Assembly: GCA_964603275.1 (NCBI GenBank)
Contig: CAZRUZ010000002.1
Coordinates: 5,750-49,477, forward strand
Direction of reading: 5' to 3'
DNA: 43,728 nt
Source: an uncultured Anaerolineaceae bacterium
GTDB lineage: Bacteria > Chloroflexota > Dehalococcoidia > Tepidiformales > Tepidiformaceae
The translations under genes and the position numbers were made by a program. Shown one piece after another: positions 17,279 to 26,269 of the stretch (the first letter of the stretch is position 1; every line of letters starts with the position of its first letter). The notes under the pieces were generated by a model, which was given only the letters and a program-made list of their open reading frames with translations, did no database searches and had not been told where the DNA came from.

Positions 17279-17719
17279 ATGCCCCTCTACGAGTACTACT
17301 GCGAGCCGTGTAACGGCATTTTCGAAGAGCTGCGCCCGATCCGCGAAGCCTCGGACCCGATGCCCTGTCCCGAGTGCTTCAAGGATGCGAAGCGCATCAT
17401 GCCCACGTCCTTTGCCGCCTTCACGTTCCGCGAAGGCTACCCCCGCCGCATTCCCGATGACGGCAGTTACTACCACCTCGGCAAGAAGGTTTCGGCACAG
17501 GTCAAGAGCGCCCGCCCAAACGAGCACCCCGAACTCAACAAGCCCGAGCCGAAGCCGAGGCGGAGCAAGGGCGAGCAACAGGAACTCAAGGACATGCGCG
17601 CCGCCGCCCGCCGTGGAGAACTGGTCGACCTGTACGGGAACTCGGTCAAGCCCGGCGAGGTCACCAAGCTCTACGACGAAGGCCGGGTTGTCCGCACCGG
17701 CACACCCCGGCACATGTAA
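17279..17719 (+). CDS. FmdB-family zinc-ribbon protein
   Basis: MPLYEYYCEPCNGIFEEL...MPCPEC is the CxxC_CxxC_SSSS signature. The ATG directly follows the recO TAA. Basic/acidic C-terminal tail. Confidence 0.75.
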   Translation: MPLYEYYCEPCNGIFEELRPIREASDPMPCPECFKDAKRIMPTSFAAFTFREGYPRRIPDDGSYYHLGKKVSAQVKSARPNEHPELNKPEPKPRRSKGEQQELKDMRAAARRGELVDLYGNSVKPGEVTKLYDEGRVVRTGTPRHM

Positions 17720-17731
17720 GGTTGGGGACGC

Positions 17732-18709
17732 TCAGCTCTTCCGGTCGAGGACGTACTCACCCAGGTTGAGCAGGCACTGCTTCGCCTCGCTCGCGGGCAA
17801 GAAGCCGATGGCGTCAGTCCCCCGCCGCACATAGTCGCGGGCGATCTCGAGCGAGTCGGCCAGCACTTCGGAGTTGGAGATCGCATCCAGCGCCTCGCGC
17901 AGGCGGGCCGCCCGGTCACGCTTCGCCAGCACGAACCGCTTGATCGGGTTGTCGCGCGGGTAGCGCTCCAGGAAGAGCAACCCGGGGAGCGTGATAGTCC
18001 CCTCCAGCAGGTCGCTGCCGACCGGCTTCCCCATGAGCGCCTCATCGCCCGTGAAATCCAGCACGTCATCGACGATCTGGAATGCCATCCCCAGGCTGTA
18101 ACCGTAGGTCCGCATTGCCTCGACCGTCCGCTCATCGCAGTTGCCCAGGACGGCGCCTCCCTCGGTCGCGTTGGCGAACAGCGCGGCGGTCTTGCCGCCG
18201 ATGCGCCGCAGGTACTGCTGCACGTCGTTCCCGGCATCGAATGCGGCCGCATCCTGGTCCAGCTCCCCGCTGGTCATCTTCATCAGCGCCAGGGCGAACA
18301 GGCGCGTTACATGGAGGCTGCCAGTCCGCGTCACCATCTCCGCTGCATTCGCGAACATGTAGTCGCCCAGGAGCACGGTGAGGGCGTTATCAAACACCGA
18401 GTTCGCGGTCGGCCGGCCACGCCGGCTGGCTGCCCCGTCGACTACGTCGTCGTGCACCAGGCTCGCCGTGTGCAGGAGTTCAATGGCCGCGCCAAGCGGC
18501 ACCAGGCGGTTCAGGTTGTAGTCGCCAAGGCTGCCCGAGAGCAGGACGAGGCCGGGCCGGATCCGCTTGCCTTTCGCTTCCAGGGCGTGGTCGAGCATCC
18601 GTTTCAGCGGGGCCAGGTCCACGTCCTTGGTCGATTCGAGAAGGTCCTCAACGAGGATCATGTCCTCGGCGACGGGGCCGTACAGCGAGCGGAGCTGTGT
18701 CTGCGTCAT
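17732..18709 (-). CDS. Long-chain polyprenyl diphosphate synthase
   Basis: Two Asp-rich motifs, LVHDDVVD and QIVDDVLDF. 325 aa. The ATG overlaps the tatD stop (ATGA). Confidence 0.85.
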   Translation of the reverse strand: MTQTQLRSLYGPVAEDMILVEDLLESTKDVDLAPLKRMLDHALEAKGKRIRPGLVLLSGSLGDYNLNRLVPLGAAIELLHTASLVHDDVVDGAASRRGRPTANSVFDNALTVLLGDYMFANAAEMVTRTGSLHVTRLFALALMKMTSGELDQDAAAFDAGNDVQQYLRRIGGKTAALFANATEGGAVLGNCDERTVEAMRTYGYSLGMAFQIVDDVLDFTGDEALMGKPVGSDLLEGTITLPGLLFLERYPRDNPIKRFVLAKRDRAARLREALDAISNSEVLADSLEIARDYVRRGTDAIGFLPASEAKQCLLNLGEYVLDRKS

Positions 18710-19524
18710 CGGGCGCCCGCCGTTACGCCCGCGCCCACCCGAAACAGCCGGCGCGCGTTCGCGCTGGTGCAGGCGAGCACCGCCTCGACCGGTTCGCCGC
18801 GTGCCGCTGCCACCGCCCTTGCCGTTTCGAAAATCAGAGCGGGTTCGTTCAGCTTGCCTCGCATCATCTGTGGCGGAAGGTACGGGCTGTCAGTCTCGAT
18901 CACAAGTGACCCCGCTGGCACCCCGGCGGCCAGACGGCGAGCCTCGTCGTTCTTCGGATAGGTCACCGGCCCGGCGATCGACACCATGAAACCGGCCTCG
19001 ACGTACCGGAGGGCCTGCTCAAGCGTGCCCCCGAAGCAATGCATCACGCCGGGGACGTCAATCCCCGCCTCCCGGGCACGCCGGGCGAACGGCGCCAGGT
19101 GGTCGATGGCCGCAACTTCGGCGGCGCGGCTATGCACGCTTACGGGCTTCCTCACCCGCAGCGCAATCTCCAGCTGGGCATCGATCAGGCGCTGCTGGTT
19201 TTCCGCCGAGGCCAGCCCGCGATAGAAGTCCAGCCCGATCTCGCCGACCGCGACCACCTCAGGCGCCCGGGCCTGCGATTCGAGCGCCCCCAGCATCTCC
19301 TCCGTCACGCTGTCGGCCTCGTGCGGGTGGAAGCCTACGGCGGGGTAAACGCCGGGCTCCTCGCGCGACAGCTCGATCGCCTCGACGTTGGACGGTGCGT
19401 CGTACCCGCAAAGGACCACCCCGGTGACGCCGGCTGCCCGCGCCCGGGCCATCACGCCGTGGAAACCGGCCCGGATCTTCGGGTCCTGCAGGTGGCAATG
19501 GGTATCGAAGGCGCCGGCGGTCAT
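18706..19524 (-). CDS. tatD: TatD-family metal-dependent hydrolase
   Basis: MTAGAFDTHCHLQD, HSR and TDSPYL motifs. ATG 19524 overlaps the metG TGA (ATGA). The track's longer N-terminus runs into metG. Confidence 0.9.
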   Translation of the reverse strand: MTAGAFDTHCHLQDPKIRAGFHGVMARARAAGVTGVVLCGYDAPSNVEAIELSREEPGVYPAVGFHPHEADSVTEEMLGALESQARAPEVVAVGEIGLDFYRGLASAENQQRLIDAQLEIALRVRKPVSVHSRAAEVAAIDHLAPFARRAREAGIDVPGVMHCFGGTLEQALRYVEAGFMVSIAGPVTYPKNDEARRLAAGVPAGSLVIETDSPYLPPQMMRGKLNEPALIFETARAVAAARGEPVEAVLACTSANARRLFRVGAGVTAGAR

Positions 19525-21173
19525 GCGCCGGTCCCGTCGCTGGTCACATCGATCTTCGTGTAGAGCGGCCGGGCCGGCGCCAGCTTCTGCCCGCGCGGCA
19601 CAGCGCGGAACTGCCACCCGTCCGCGAGGATGTCGCCCGCCCCACCGAGGTCCGCATGGAGCTGGGATGTCGAGAACGGCACCACGGGGTGGAGGATAAC
19701 CTTCAACGCGTTGATCACGTCCAGCGCGGTGGTGAGTGTCTCGGCGGCGTGGGCGGAGTCGGTCTTGACCGCCTTCCACGGCGCACGATCGTCGAGGTAC
19801 TTGTTCGCCGCCTGGGCCAGGCGGAGGCCCTCCTGGAGCGCCGCGCGGAAGTGACAGCCATCGTATTCGGCCCCGGCGGAGCTGAAGGCGGATTTCGCCT
19901 CTTCAATGAGCGCTGCACTCTCCGGCGCCAGGTCACCCGGCTCAGGCACCACGCCGTCGAAGTTGCGGTGGATCATCGAGATGACCCGGTTCGCCAGGTT
20001 GCCCCACGTGCCGATGAGAATGTCGTTGTTCGCCCGGATGAGTTCCTCTTCACGGAACTCGGTATCGTTCGTCTCCGGCATCACCAGCGTCAGGTAGAAG
20101 CGCGCCACGTCGGCGGCGTAGGTATCGAGCAGGTCGAGCATCCACGTGCCGGTGCCCTTGGACTTGCTCTGCTTCTGGCCCGCCGAGAAGTTGACGTACT
20201 GGTTCGCCGGCACGTCGTAGGGCAGATTCAACCCGCCGTATCCCATCAGCATGCCGGGCCAGATCACCGCGTGGAACGGGATGTTGTCCTTGCCGACGAA
20301 GTAGTACGAACGCGTAGCCGGGTCCTCCCAGAACGGCCGCCATGCTTCCGGCGTACCCCGGAGCTGGGCCCACTCCTTCGAGGCGCTGAGGTAGCCGATC
20401 ACGGCGTCGAACCAGACATAAATGCGCTTGTCATCGTATCCCGGGACGGGGACGGGGACGCCCCACGTGAGGTCGCGCGTGATCGCGCGGTCCTTGAGCC
20501 CTTCGTTCAGCATGCCGAGCGTGAAGTTCAGGACGTTCTTGCGCCAGTGCGTCTTCGGGGTCACCCACTGGCGGAGCGGCTCTTCCAGCGCCGAGAGGCG
20601 CAGGAAGAAGTGCTCGGACGGGCGCAAGACCGGCGTTGCGCCGCTGATCTTGCTGCGCGGGTTCAACAGGTCGGTGGCGTCGAGGGTCTTCCCGCAGCTG
20701 TCGCACTGGTCGCCCCGGGCGTCCGTGTAGCCGCACAGCGGGCAGGTGCCCTCAACGTAGCGGTCCGGCAGGAAGCGCTCGGCCTCCGGGTCGTACAGGT
20801 ACTCGGCGGTCTGCGGATAGAGGAGGTCGTGTTCGAGGAGCTTGAGGAAGACGTCCTGTGTGACCGCGTAGTGGTTCGGCGTCAGGGTGGTGGTGAACAG
20901 GTCCCACGAGATGCCGAAACGCTCCCACACCTCCAGGATGCGTGGGTGGTAGCGGTCAACAATGACCTGCGGATCGACCCCTTCCCGCTCGGCGGTAACC
21001 GTGATCGGAGTGCCATGGCAGTCCGACCCGGACACCATCAAGACTTCGTTGCCCTTTAGCCGCTGGAAGCGCGCGAAGATGTCGGCCGGGAGGTACGCTC
21101 CGGCCGCCTGGCCAACGTGAAGAAGGTAGTTGGCATAGGGCCAACCTACGCAGACAAGGATCCGGTCGGACAC
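19521..21173 (-). CDS. metG: Methionine--tRNA ligase
   Basis: WPYANYLLHVGQ (HIGH-type), a zinc knuckle CPLCG...CDSCG, and KQSKSKG (KMSKS). GTG start. Confidence 0.95.
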   Translation of the reverse strand: MSDRILVCVGWPYANYLLHVGQAAGAYLPADIFARFQRLKGNEVLMVSGSDCHGTPITVTAEREGVDPQVIVDRYHPRILEVWERFGISWDLFTTTLTPNHYAVTQDVFLKLLEHDLLYPQTAEYLYDPEAERFLPDRYVEGTCPLCGYTDARGDQCDSCGKTLDATDLLNPRSKISGATPVLRPSEHFFLRLSALEEPLRQWVTPKTHWRKNVLNFTLGMLNEGLKDRAITRDLTWGVPVPVPGYDDKRIYVWFDAVIGYLSASKEWAQLRGTPEAWRPFWEDPATRSYYFVGKDNIPFHAVIWPGMLMGYGGLNLPYDVPANQYVNFSAGQKQSKSKGTGTWMLDLLDTYAADVARFYLTLVMPETNDTEFREEELIRANNDILIGTWGNLANRVISMIHRNFDGVVPEPGDLAPESAALIEEAKSAFSSAGAEYDGCHFRAALQEGLRLAQAANKYLDDRAPWKAVKTDSAHAAETLTTALDVINALKVILHPVVPFSTSQLHADLGGAGDILADGWQFRAVPRGQKLAPARPLYTKIDVTSDGTGA

Positions 21174-21229
21174 GCAGGTACCTGGTGAGGAGATGCCCCG
21201 AGTCTACCACAGGGTTTCCTGTCGGTCGG

Positions 21230-22054
21230 TCAGGCGCGCTCCCAGGCCGCATAGGCATCCTCGCGCCGGCAGCCCGTGATCCGGGCCACCTCGGCGGCCG
21301 CCGCGGAGCGCCGCGCACCGGCCCGTTTCATGGCCGCGATCAGGTCTTCCATTTCGCGCCTTCCGGCCGCGTCCGGCTCGCCCGGCTCCACCCGCACGAC
21401 TACCGCACATTCGCCGCGGGCCCCTCCGAACCGCCCCGCCATGGCCGAGGCACGGCCGCGCACGATTTCCTCGTGCAGCTTGGTCAGCTCCCGGCAGACC
21501 ACGACCTCTGGGTCGCCGTGCAGCGTGGCAAGTTCCGCCAGCGTCGCCGCGAGCCGGTTCGGGCTTTCGAAGAACACGAGGATGCTCGCCGCCGCCGCGG
21601 TGGCCTGGAGGAATCGTGTCCGCTCGCCCTTCTGTCTCGGCAGGAAGCCGAGGAAGTGGGCATCCGGCCCAGCGAACCCGCTTACCGAGAGCGCCGCGGC
21701 CAATGCCGATGGCCCCGGGACCGTGAACACGGGCACCCCTTCACGATGGGCCGCCGCCACCAGCCGCGCCCCGGGGTCCGCGATGGCGGGCGTCCCGGCA
21801 TCCGAGATGAGCGCCAGTACTCCCTCCCGCGCCACGGGCAGGAGTTGCGGTATCCGCTCTTCCACATTGTGCTCGGTGAGGCTGACCATCCGCGCCTCAC
21901 TGCCCGCGCCGCGCACAAGCGGCCCCGAAATGCGGGTGTCCTCCGCCGCGATTACCGCCGCCCGGCGCAGCGCCTCGGCTGCCCGTGGCGAGAGGTCGCC
22001 CATGTTGCCGATGGGGGTGGCGACCACATACAGGCCCGCATGCCACGTAGTCAT
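21230..22054 (-). CDS. rsmI: 16S rRNA (cytidine1402-2'-O)-methyltransferase
   Basis: LYVVATPIGNMGDLSPRA..AEDTR is the N-terminal signature. The start is either 22054 (MTTWHAG) or 22081. Confidence 0.9.
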   Translation of the reverse strand: MTTWHAGLYVVATPIGNMGDLSPRAAEALRRAAVIAAEDTRISGPLVRGAGSEARMVSLTEHNVEERIPQLLPVAREGVLALISDAGTPAIADPGARLVAAAHREGVPVFTVPGPSALAAALSVSGFAGPDAHFLGFLPRQKGERTRFLQATAAAASILVFFESPNRLAATLAELATLHGDPEVVVCRELTKLHEEIVRGRASAMAGRFGGARGECAVVVRVEPGEPDAAGRREMEDLIAAMKRAGARRSAAAAEVARITGCRREDAYAAWERA

Positions 22055-22109
22055 CGAAGAGGCCAATACCCGGCATTGCACATAACCGAATCCTCGAAAC
22101 GGATTTGTG

Positions 22110-22139
22110 TTGACCCGTTGGGAGTGCCGCTTCTACACT
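22110..22139 (+). promoter_or_regulatory. Putative promoter TTGACC-18 nt-TACACT
   Basis: Lies in the 117-nt divergent gap between rsmI and guaB3. Confidence 0.35.
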
Positions 22140-22198
22140 CAAACGAACACCGCGGCCTCTTTCGCAGGCCGTGACTCCACCCCCGGGATTGCGCTGTC

Positions 22199-23422
22199 TT
22201 GAGTACTGCTGTCAACCTCTCCTCCGCCGCCTCCGAATCACCGGAGAGCGGCCATGCGCCGCTTAACGAGAGTGACACCGCCGCCCCAAGGTTCAAGCAA
22301 CTTCGCCGTGCCTACGGTTTCGATGAAGTCGCCATCGTCCCGGGCGACGTCACCGTGAACCCCGAACTCACCGAGCTCGGCCTCGACATCGGCCCGCACC
22401 ATTTTGCCATCCCCTTCCTCGCCTCCGCGATGGACGCGGTCGTCGACCCGAACTTCGCGATTGCCATGCACCGCGCCGGTGGCCTCGCCGTCCTCAACCT
22501 CGAGGGCGTGTGGACCAAGTACGACGACCCCTCGTCGATCCTCCAGGCGACCGCCGCCGCCAGCCGCGATGAAGCAACGGCCATCCTCCAGGAGGCCTAC
22601 CAGCAGCCCATTCGCGACGAGTACATCGCCAAGCGCATCCGTGAGATGAAGGCCGGCGGCGCCGTAGCGGCTGTCTCGCTCACACCCATGAATACCAAGC
22701 GCTACGCCGCGCTGATCCAGGAAGCGGGCGCCGATATCCTCGTTGTCCAGAGCACGGTGACCACCGCCCGGCACGAGTCCAACAGCATTGAAGGCCTCCG
22801 CTTCGATAAGCTCTTCAAGGACATCCACATCCCGGTGGTTGTCGGCAACACGGTCGGCTTCAACGCCACACTCGAGATCATGCGCACCGGCGTTGCCGGC
22901 GTCCTCGTGGGCGTTGGCCCCGGAGCGGCCTGCACCAGCCGCGAGGTGCTCGGCATCGGCGTCCCGCAGGTCACGGCCACCATCGACTGCGCCGCCGCCC
23001 GCGACTACTACCTGAAGGAGAGCGGCCGCTACGTCCCCATCATCACCGACGGCGGTATCCGCACGGGCGGGGACGTGTGCAAGTGCTTTGCCTCCGGCGC
23101 TGACGCCGTGATGATGGGGTCGCCCTTCGCGGCAACGACCGAGGCTCCTGGCCGCGGCTATCACTGGGGCATGGCAACCCCCCACGCCAACCTCCCGCGC
23201 GGCACCCGCGTGGCGGTGGGCGTGAACACCACCCTCCAGAAGGCGCTCTACGGCCCCACCAGCCGCACCGACGGCACGGAGAACCTCGTCGGCGCCCTCC
23301 GCACCGCCATGGGCATGTGCGGCGCCCACACCATCCGCGAGTTCCAGCAGGCCGAAATGGTCATCGCCCCGGCCATCAAGACCGAGGGCAAGATCTACCA
23401 GTTCGCCCAGCAGCAGGCCTAG
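22199..23422 (+). CDS. guaB3: GuaB3-family IMP dehydrogenase-related protein
   Basis: RRAYGFDEVAIVPGD, VGVGPGAACTS and IITDGGIRTGGDV. No CBS pair. TTG 22199 is the only in-frame start upstream of the conserved region. Confidence 0.8.
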   Translation: MSTAVNLSSAASESPESGHAPLNESDTAAPRFKQLRRAYGFDEVAIVPGDVTVNPELTELGLDIGPHHFAIPFLASAMDAVVDPNFAIAMHRAGGLAVLNLEGVWTKYDDPSSILQATAAASRDEATAILQEAYQQPIRDEYIAKRIREMKAGGAVAAVSLTPMNTKRYAALIQEAGADILVVQSTVTTARHESNSIEGLRFDKLFKDIHIPVVVGNTVGFNATLEIMRTGVAGVLVGVGPGAACTSREVLGIGVPQVTATIDCAAARDYYLKESGRYVPIITDGGIRTGGDVCKCFASGADAVMMGSPFAATTEAPGRGYHWGMATPHANLPRGTRVAVGVNTTLQKALYGPTSRTDGTENLVGALRTAMGMCGAHTIREFQQAEMVIAPAIKTEGKIYQFAQQQA

Positions 23423-23447
23423 CCCGTCCTCCGCTCCGGCGATGACT

Positions 23448-23478
23448 GAAGCGGCCCCCACTGAGTGGGGGCCGCTTC
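23448..23478. terminator. GC-rich hairpin between convergent guaB3 and the HAD gene
   Basis: Perfect 13-bp stem GAAGCGGCCCCCA / TGGGGGCCGCTTC with a 5-nt loop. No clear U-tract on either strand. Confidence 0.65.
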
Positions 23479-23504
23479 GCGCGTCTGGACCGTGTCCGGC
23501 CTGC

Positions 23505-24302
23505 TCAGCGTGCCAGGCGTTCCAGGAAGACCGCCAGAGCATCCGCCTGTTCATCGAGTACCCGATCGGCAGCGTCCAGCGCATACGCATCGCTGTGGGG
23601 CATCGCCACGCCCAGGCCGGCCCAGGCGAGCATCGCTGCGTCGTTCACGCTATCGCCCACCGCCACCACCTCGTGCCGGCCGATACCCATGTCAGCGCAG
23701 ACCAGCGAGAGCGCGTGACCCTTGTTGGCCTCCGGGGCGACGGCGACGGTCACCTCGGGGAAATCGAGCACGTGAAGCGCCTCGCCGTGGTGGGACACCA
23801 GCGCGCGATGAACCTGGCTGGCCTGTTCCCGGGCCGAGATGATGCCGACGCCCGTCGGGACGATCCCGGAATTTTCCGGATCCGCCCGGTATTCCGGGGT
23901 GATCCCGGAGACCACGCCGTAGTGCTCGGTAGCCTGGCTTCGTTGAGAGACTACATAACGCAACGGGTTGAACCACTCGTAGGCCCGGTCGATCTCCCGG
24001 GCGTAACCGACGATGTCCAGTGCCAGCTTGCGGGAAATTGGGAACTCGTGGGTCATCGTGCCGTCGAGCTGGTGGACCGAACAGCCCTGCTGGCAGATCA
24101 CTGGCCCATGCAGTCCCAGGTGGCGGGCAACCCTGGCCGTCCCCGGGAACATCCTCCCAGAGGCCAGGACAACAGCGACACCGCGCCCGGTAAGGGCAGC
24201 CACGGCCGCAGAAACCCGCGCCGAGGGCAGGTGATCGTTCCCGTAGTGGGCCGGGTCGATGAGCGTTCCGTCGATGTCGAGCGCAACGAGCTTCACTCCC
24301 AT
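23505..24302 (-). CDS. HAD-IIB (Cof-type) phosphatase
   Basis: MGVKLVALDIDGTL (DxDxT) and VAVGDSVNDAAML. ATG 24302 overlaps the prmC stop by 10 nt. The track's 349-aa version has a spurious N-terminus. Confidence 0.8.
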   Translation of the reverse strand: MGVKLVALDIDGTLIDPAHYGNDHLPSARVSAAVAALTGRGVAVVLASGRMFPGTARVARHLGLHGPVICQQGCSVHQLDGTMTHEFPISRKLALDIVGYAREIDRAYEWFNPLRYVVSQRSQATEHYGVVSGITPEYRADPENSGIVPTGVGIISAREQASQVHRALVSHHGEALHVLDFPEVTVAVAPEANKGHALSLVCADMGIGRHEVVAVGDSVNDAAMLAWAGLGVAMPHSDAYALDAADRVLDEQADALAVFLERLAR

Positions 24303-25114
24303 CGCGCGCACACGATCCTGTCGATGCGCGCCAGGTCCTTGACGAACCAGGCGTCGCGCCCGTGCTCCGCGAGGATGGCGGCCACATCCGCCGCCTGTCC
24401 GAACCCCACCTCCAGTGCGAGCAGCCGCGGACGGAGCCGCACCGCGCAATCCCCGATGAGCCGCCGGATGAGCGCGTAGCCATCCTCTCCGCCATCGAGC
24501 GCCACCCGGGGCTCCCAGCGGCTGACCTCCGGTTCCAGCGCTTCGATCTCCCACGCCGGGATGTACGGGAGGTTGGCCAGCACGACATCGGCCCGGGAGA
24601 CCGAAGCTACAAGGTCGCCCTGCACAAGTCCGGTGCGAGGTGCGTGGTTGGCCGCGTTTGCGCGGGCGAAGCGCATCGCGTCGCTACTCACTTCAGTCGC
24701 GATGACCCGCGCTGCCGGCCGTTCGGCAGCGATCGAGACGGCTACCGCACCGCTCCCGGTGCCCGCCTCGACGACGACCGCGCCCGGGTCCCGGTCGAGT
24801 TCCTGCAGGCCCAGGTCGACAAGCAGCTCCGTCTCCGGCCGGGGGATGAGCACCCCGGTCCCGACACCGAACTCACGGCCGTAAAACTCGCGGTGGCCGG
24901 TGATGTAGGCTGCCGGTTCGCGCTGTTCGCGCCGCACAATCCAGGCGGCAAAGCGCGCCGATTCCTCGGCATCGAGCACACTGCCCGCGAAGTACTCCGC
25001 GCGGGAAATCCCCGCTGCCTCGCGGGCGAGCAGCTCCGCCTCGAAGCGTGCGTCCTCAACCCCCGCTGCTGTCAGCCGCCGCGAGGCGTCCGCTGCCGCC
25101 TCGCGCGCGCTCAT
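24293..25114 (-). CDS. prmC: Release-factor glutamine N5-methyltransferase
   Basis: SAM motif VVEAGTGSG and substrate motif NLPYIP (NPPY type). Overlaps the prfA stop (ATGA). Confidence 0.9.
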   Translation of the reverse strand: MSAREAAADASRRLTAAGVEDARFEAELLAREAAGISRAEYFAGSVLDAEESARFAAWIVRREQREPAAYITGHREFYGREFGVGTGVLIPRPETELLVDLGLQELDRDPGAVVVEAGTGSGAVAVSIAAERPAARVIATEVSSDAMRFARANAANHAPRTGLVQGDLVASVSRADVVLANLPYIPAWEIEALEPEVSRWEPRVALDGGEDGYALIRRLIGDCAVRLRPRLLALEVGFGQAADVAAILAEHGRDAWFVKDLARIDRIVCARWE

Positions 25115-26187
25115 TCGAGGTTCTCGAGCCGCCCCGCCTCAACCGCGGTGGCGACCGCGTCGATGATGTCGTCCAGGTTCCCATCCATGCGGTCCGGGAT
25201 GTTGTGCACCGTCAGGCCCACGCGGTGGTCGGTGATGCGGTCCTGGGGGAAGTTGTAGGTCCGGATCTTCTCGCTGCGGTCGCCGGTCCCTACCTGGGTC
25301 TTGCGTTCCGCGCTCAGTTCCGCTTCCTGCCGCGTTTGCTCCATGTCGAGGAGTCGCGAGCGGAGGACGGTCATCGCCTTCACGCGGTTCTTCATTTGCG
25401 AGCGTTCGTCCTGGCACACCACCACAATGCCCGTGGGGAGGTGAGTCAGGCGGACCGCTGTCGCCACCTTGTTGACGTTCTGCCCGCCGGCTCCCGATGA
25501 GTGGAAAATGTCGACGCGCAGGTCCTTCTCTTCGACGGCGACATCGACTTCCTCGGCCTCGGCAAGCACGGCGACGGTGGCCGTCGAGGTGTGGATGCGG
25601 CCCTGGGCTTCGGTCTCGGGCACGCGCTGCACCCGGTGGACGCCGCTCTCGTATTTCAGGCGGGAGAACGCGCCATCGCCGCGCACCTCGAAGACAACCT
25701 CCTTGAACCCACCCTTCTCCGATTCCGAGGCGCTCAGGATCTCGGTCTGCCAGCGCTTGCGTTCGGCATAGCGCGCATAAGACCGGTAGAGCTCGAAGGC
25801 GAACAGCGCGGCTTCCTCTCCGCCCGCGCCAGCCCGGATCTCGACGATCACGTTGCGTGCGTCACGTGGGTCCTTCGGGAGGAGTTCGCGCCGGAGTAGC
25901 CCGGTCAGCTCGTCCATCCTCGCTTCAGCCTCTGCGAGCTCGGCTTCTGCGAGGATCTTCATTTCCGGGTCCGACTCAGCCAGCATCTCCCGCGCATCAG
26001 CGGCGGACTGTGCCAGCGATTCGTACTCGCGGAAGAGTTCGACCACGCGCTCGATCTCCGCCCGCTCGCGCGCCAGCTTGTTGAGCCGCTCGAAATCGGC
26101 CGCGACTTCCGGGCGGCCCATGTCGTTGGTCAGCTCGTCGTAGCGCTCGCGAATCCGTTGCAGACGGGAAAGGATGTTGTCGTCCAT
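25111..26187 (-). CDS. prfA: Peptide chain release factor 1
   Basis: RVPETE (PxT anticodon motif) and SGAGGQNVNKV (GGQ). ATG 26187 gives MDDNILSRLQ. Confidence 0.95.
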   Translation of the reverse strand: MDDNILSRLQRIRERYDELTNDMGRPEVAADFERLNKLARERAEIERVVELFREYESLAQSAADAREMLAESDPEMKILAEAELAEAEARMDELTGLLRRELLPKDPRDARNVIVEIRAGAGGEEAALFAFELYRSYARYAERKRWQTEILSASESEKGGFKEVVFEVRGDGAFSRLKYESGVHRVQRVPETEAQGRIHTSTATVAVLAEAEEVDVAVEEKDLRVDIFHSSGAGGQNVNKVATAVRLTHLPTGIVVVCQDERSQMKNRVKAMTVLRSRLLDMEQTRQEAELSAERKTQVGTGDRSEKIRTYNFPQDRITDHRVGLTVHNIPDRMDGNLDDIIDAVATAVEAGRLENLE

Positions 26188-26189
26188 AG

Positions 26190-26224
26190 CTAACAAGAAG
26201 CGGCCCGCCTGGGAGGCGGACCGC
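26190..26224 (-). terminator. Hairpin plus U-rich run between hisS and prfA
   Basis: On the minus strand: GCGGUCCGCC-UCCCA-GGCGGGCCGC (10-bp stem with 1 mismatch), followed by UUCUUGUU, immediately before the prfA ATG. Confidence 0.4.
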
Positions 26225-26269
26225 CAGGTGCGCTCCGGGGTGGTGCTTCGAGTATAGCACCGCCCCCGC

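Noticed and set aside
23442-24479. 345-aa plus-strand ORF opposite the HAD hydrolase and prmC. The same reasoning applies to 22238-23590, 19656-21059, 28320-30050 and 32341-33501.
   Set aside because: The opposite strand encodes proteins with clear catalytic motifs (DxDxT and GDSVND in the HAD hydrolase, NLPYIP in PrmC, and the GuaB3, MetG, Rel and NadA motifs at the other sites). The antisense translations are low-complexity.
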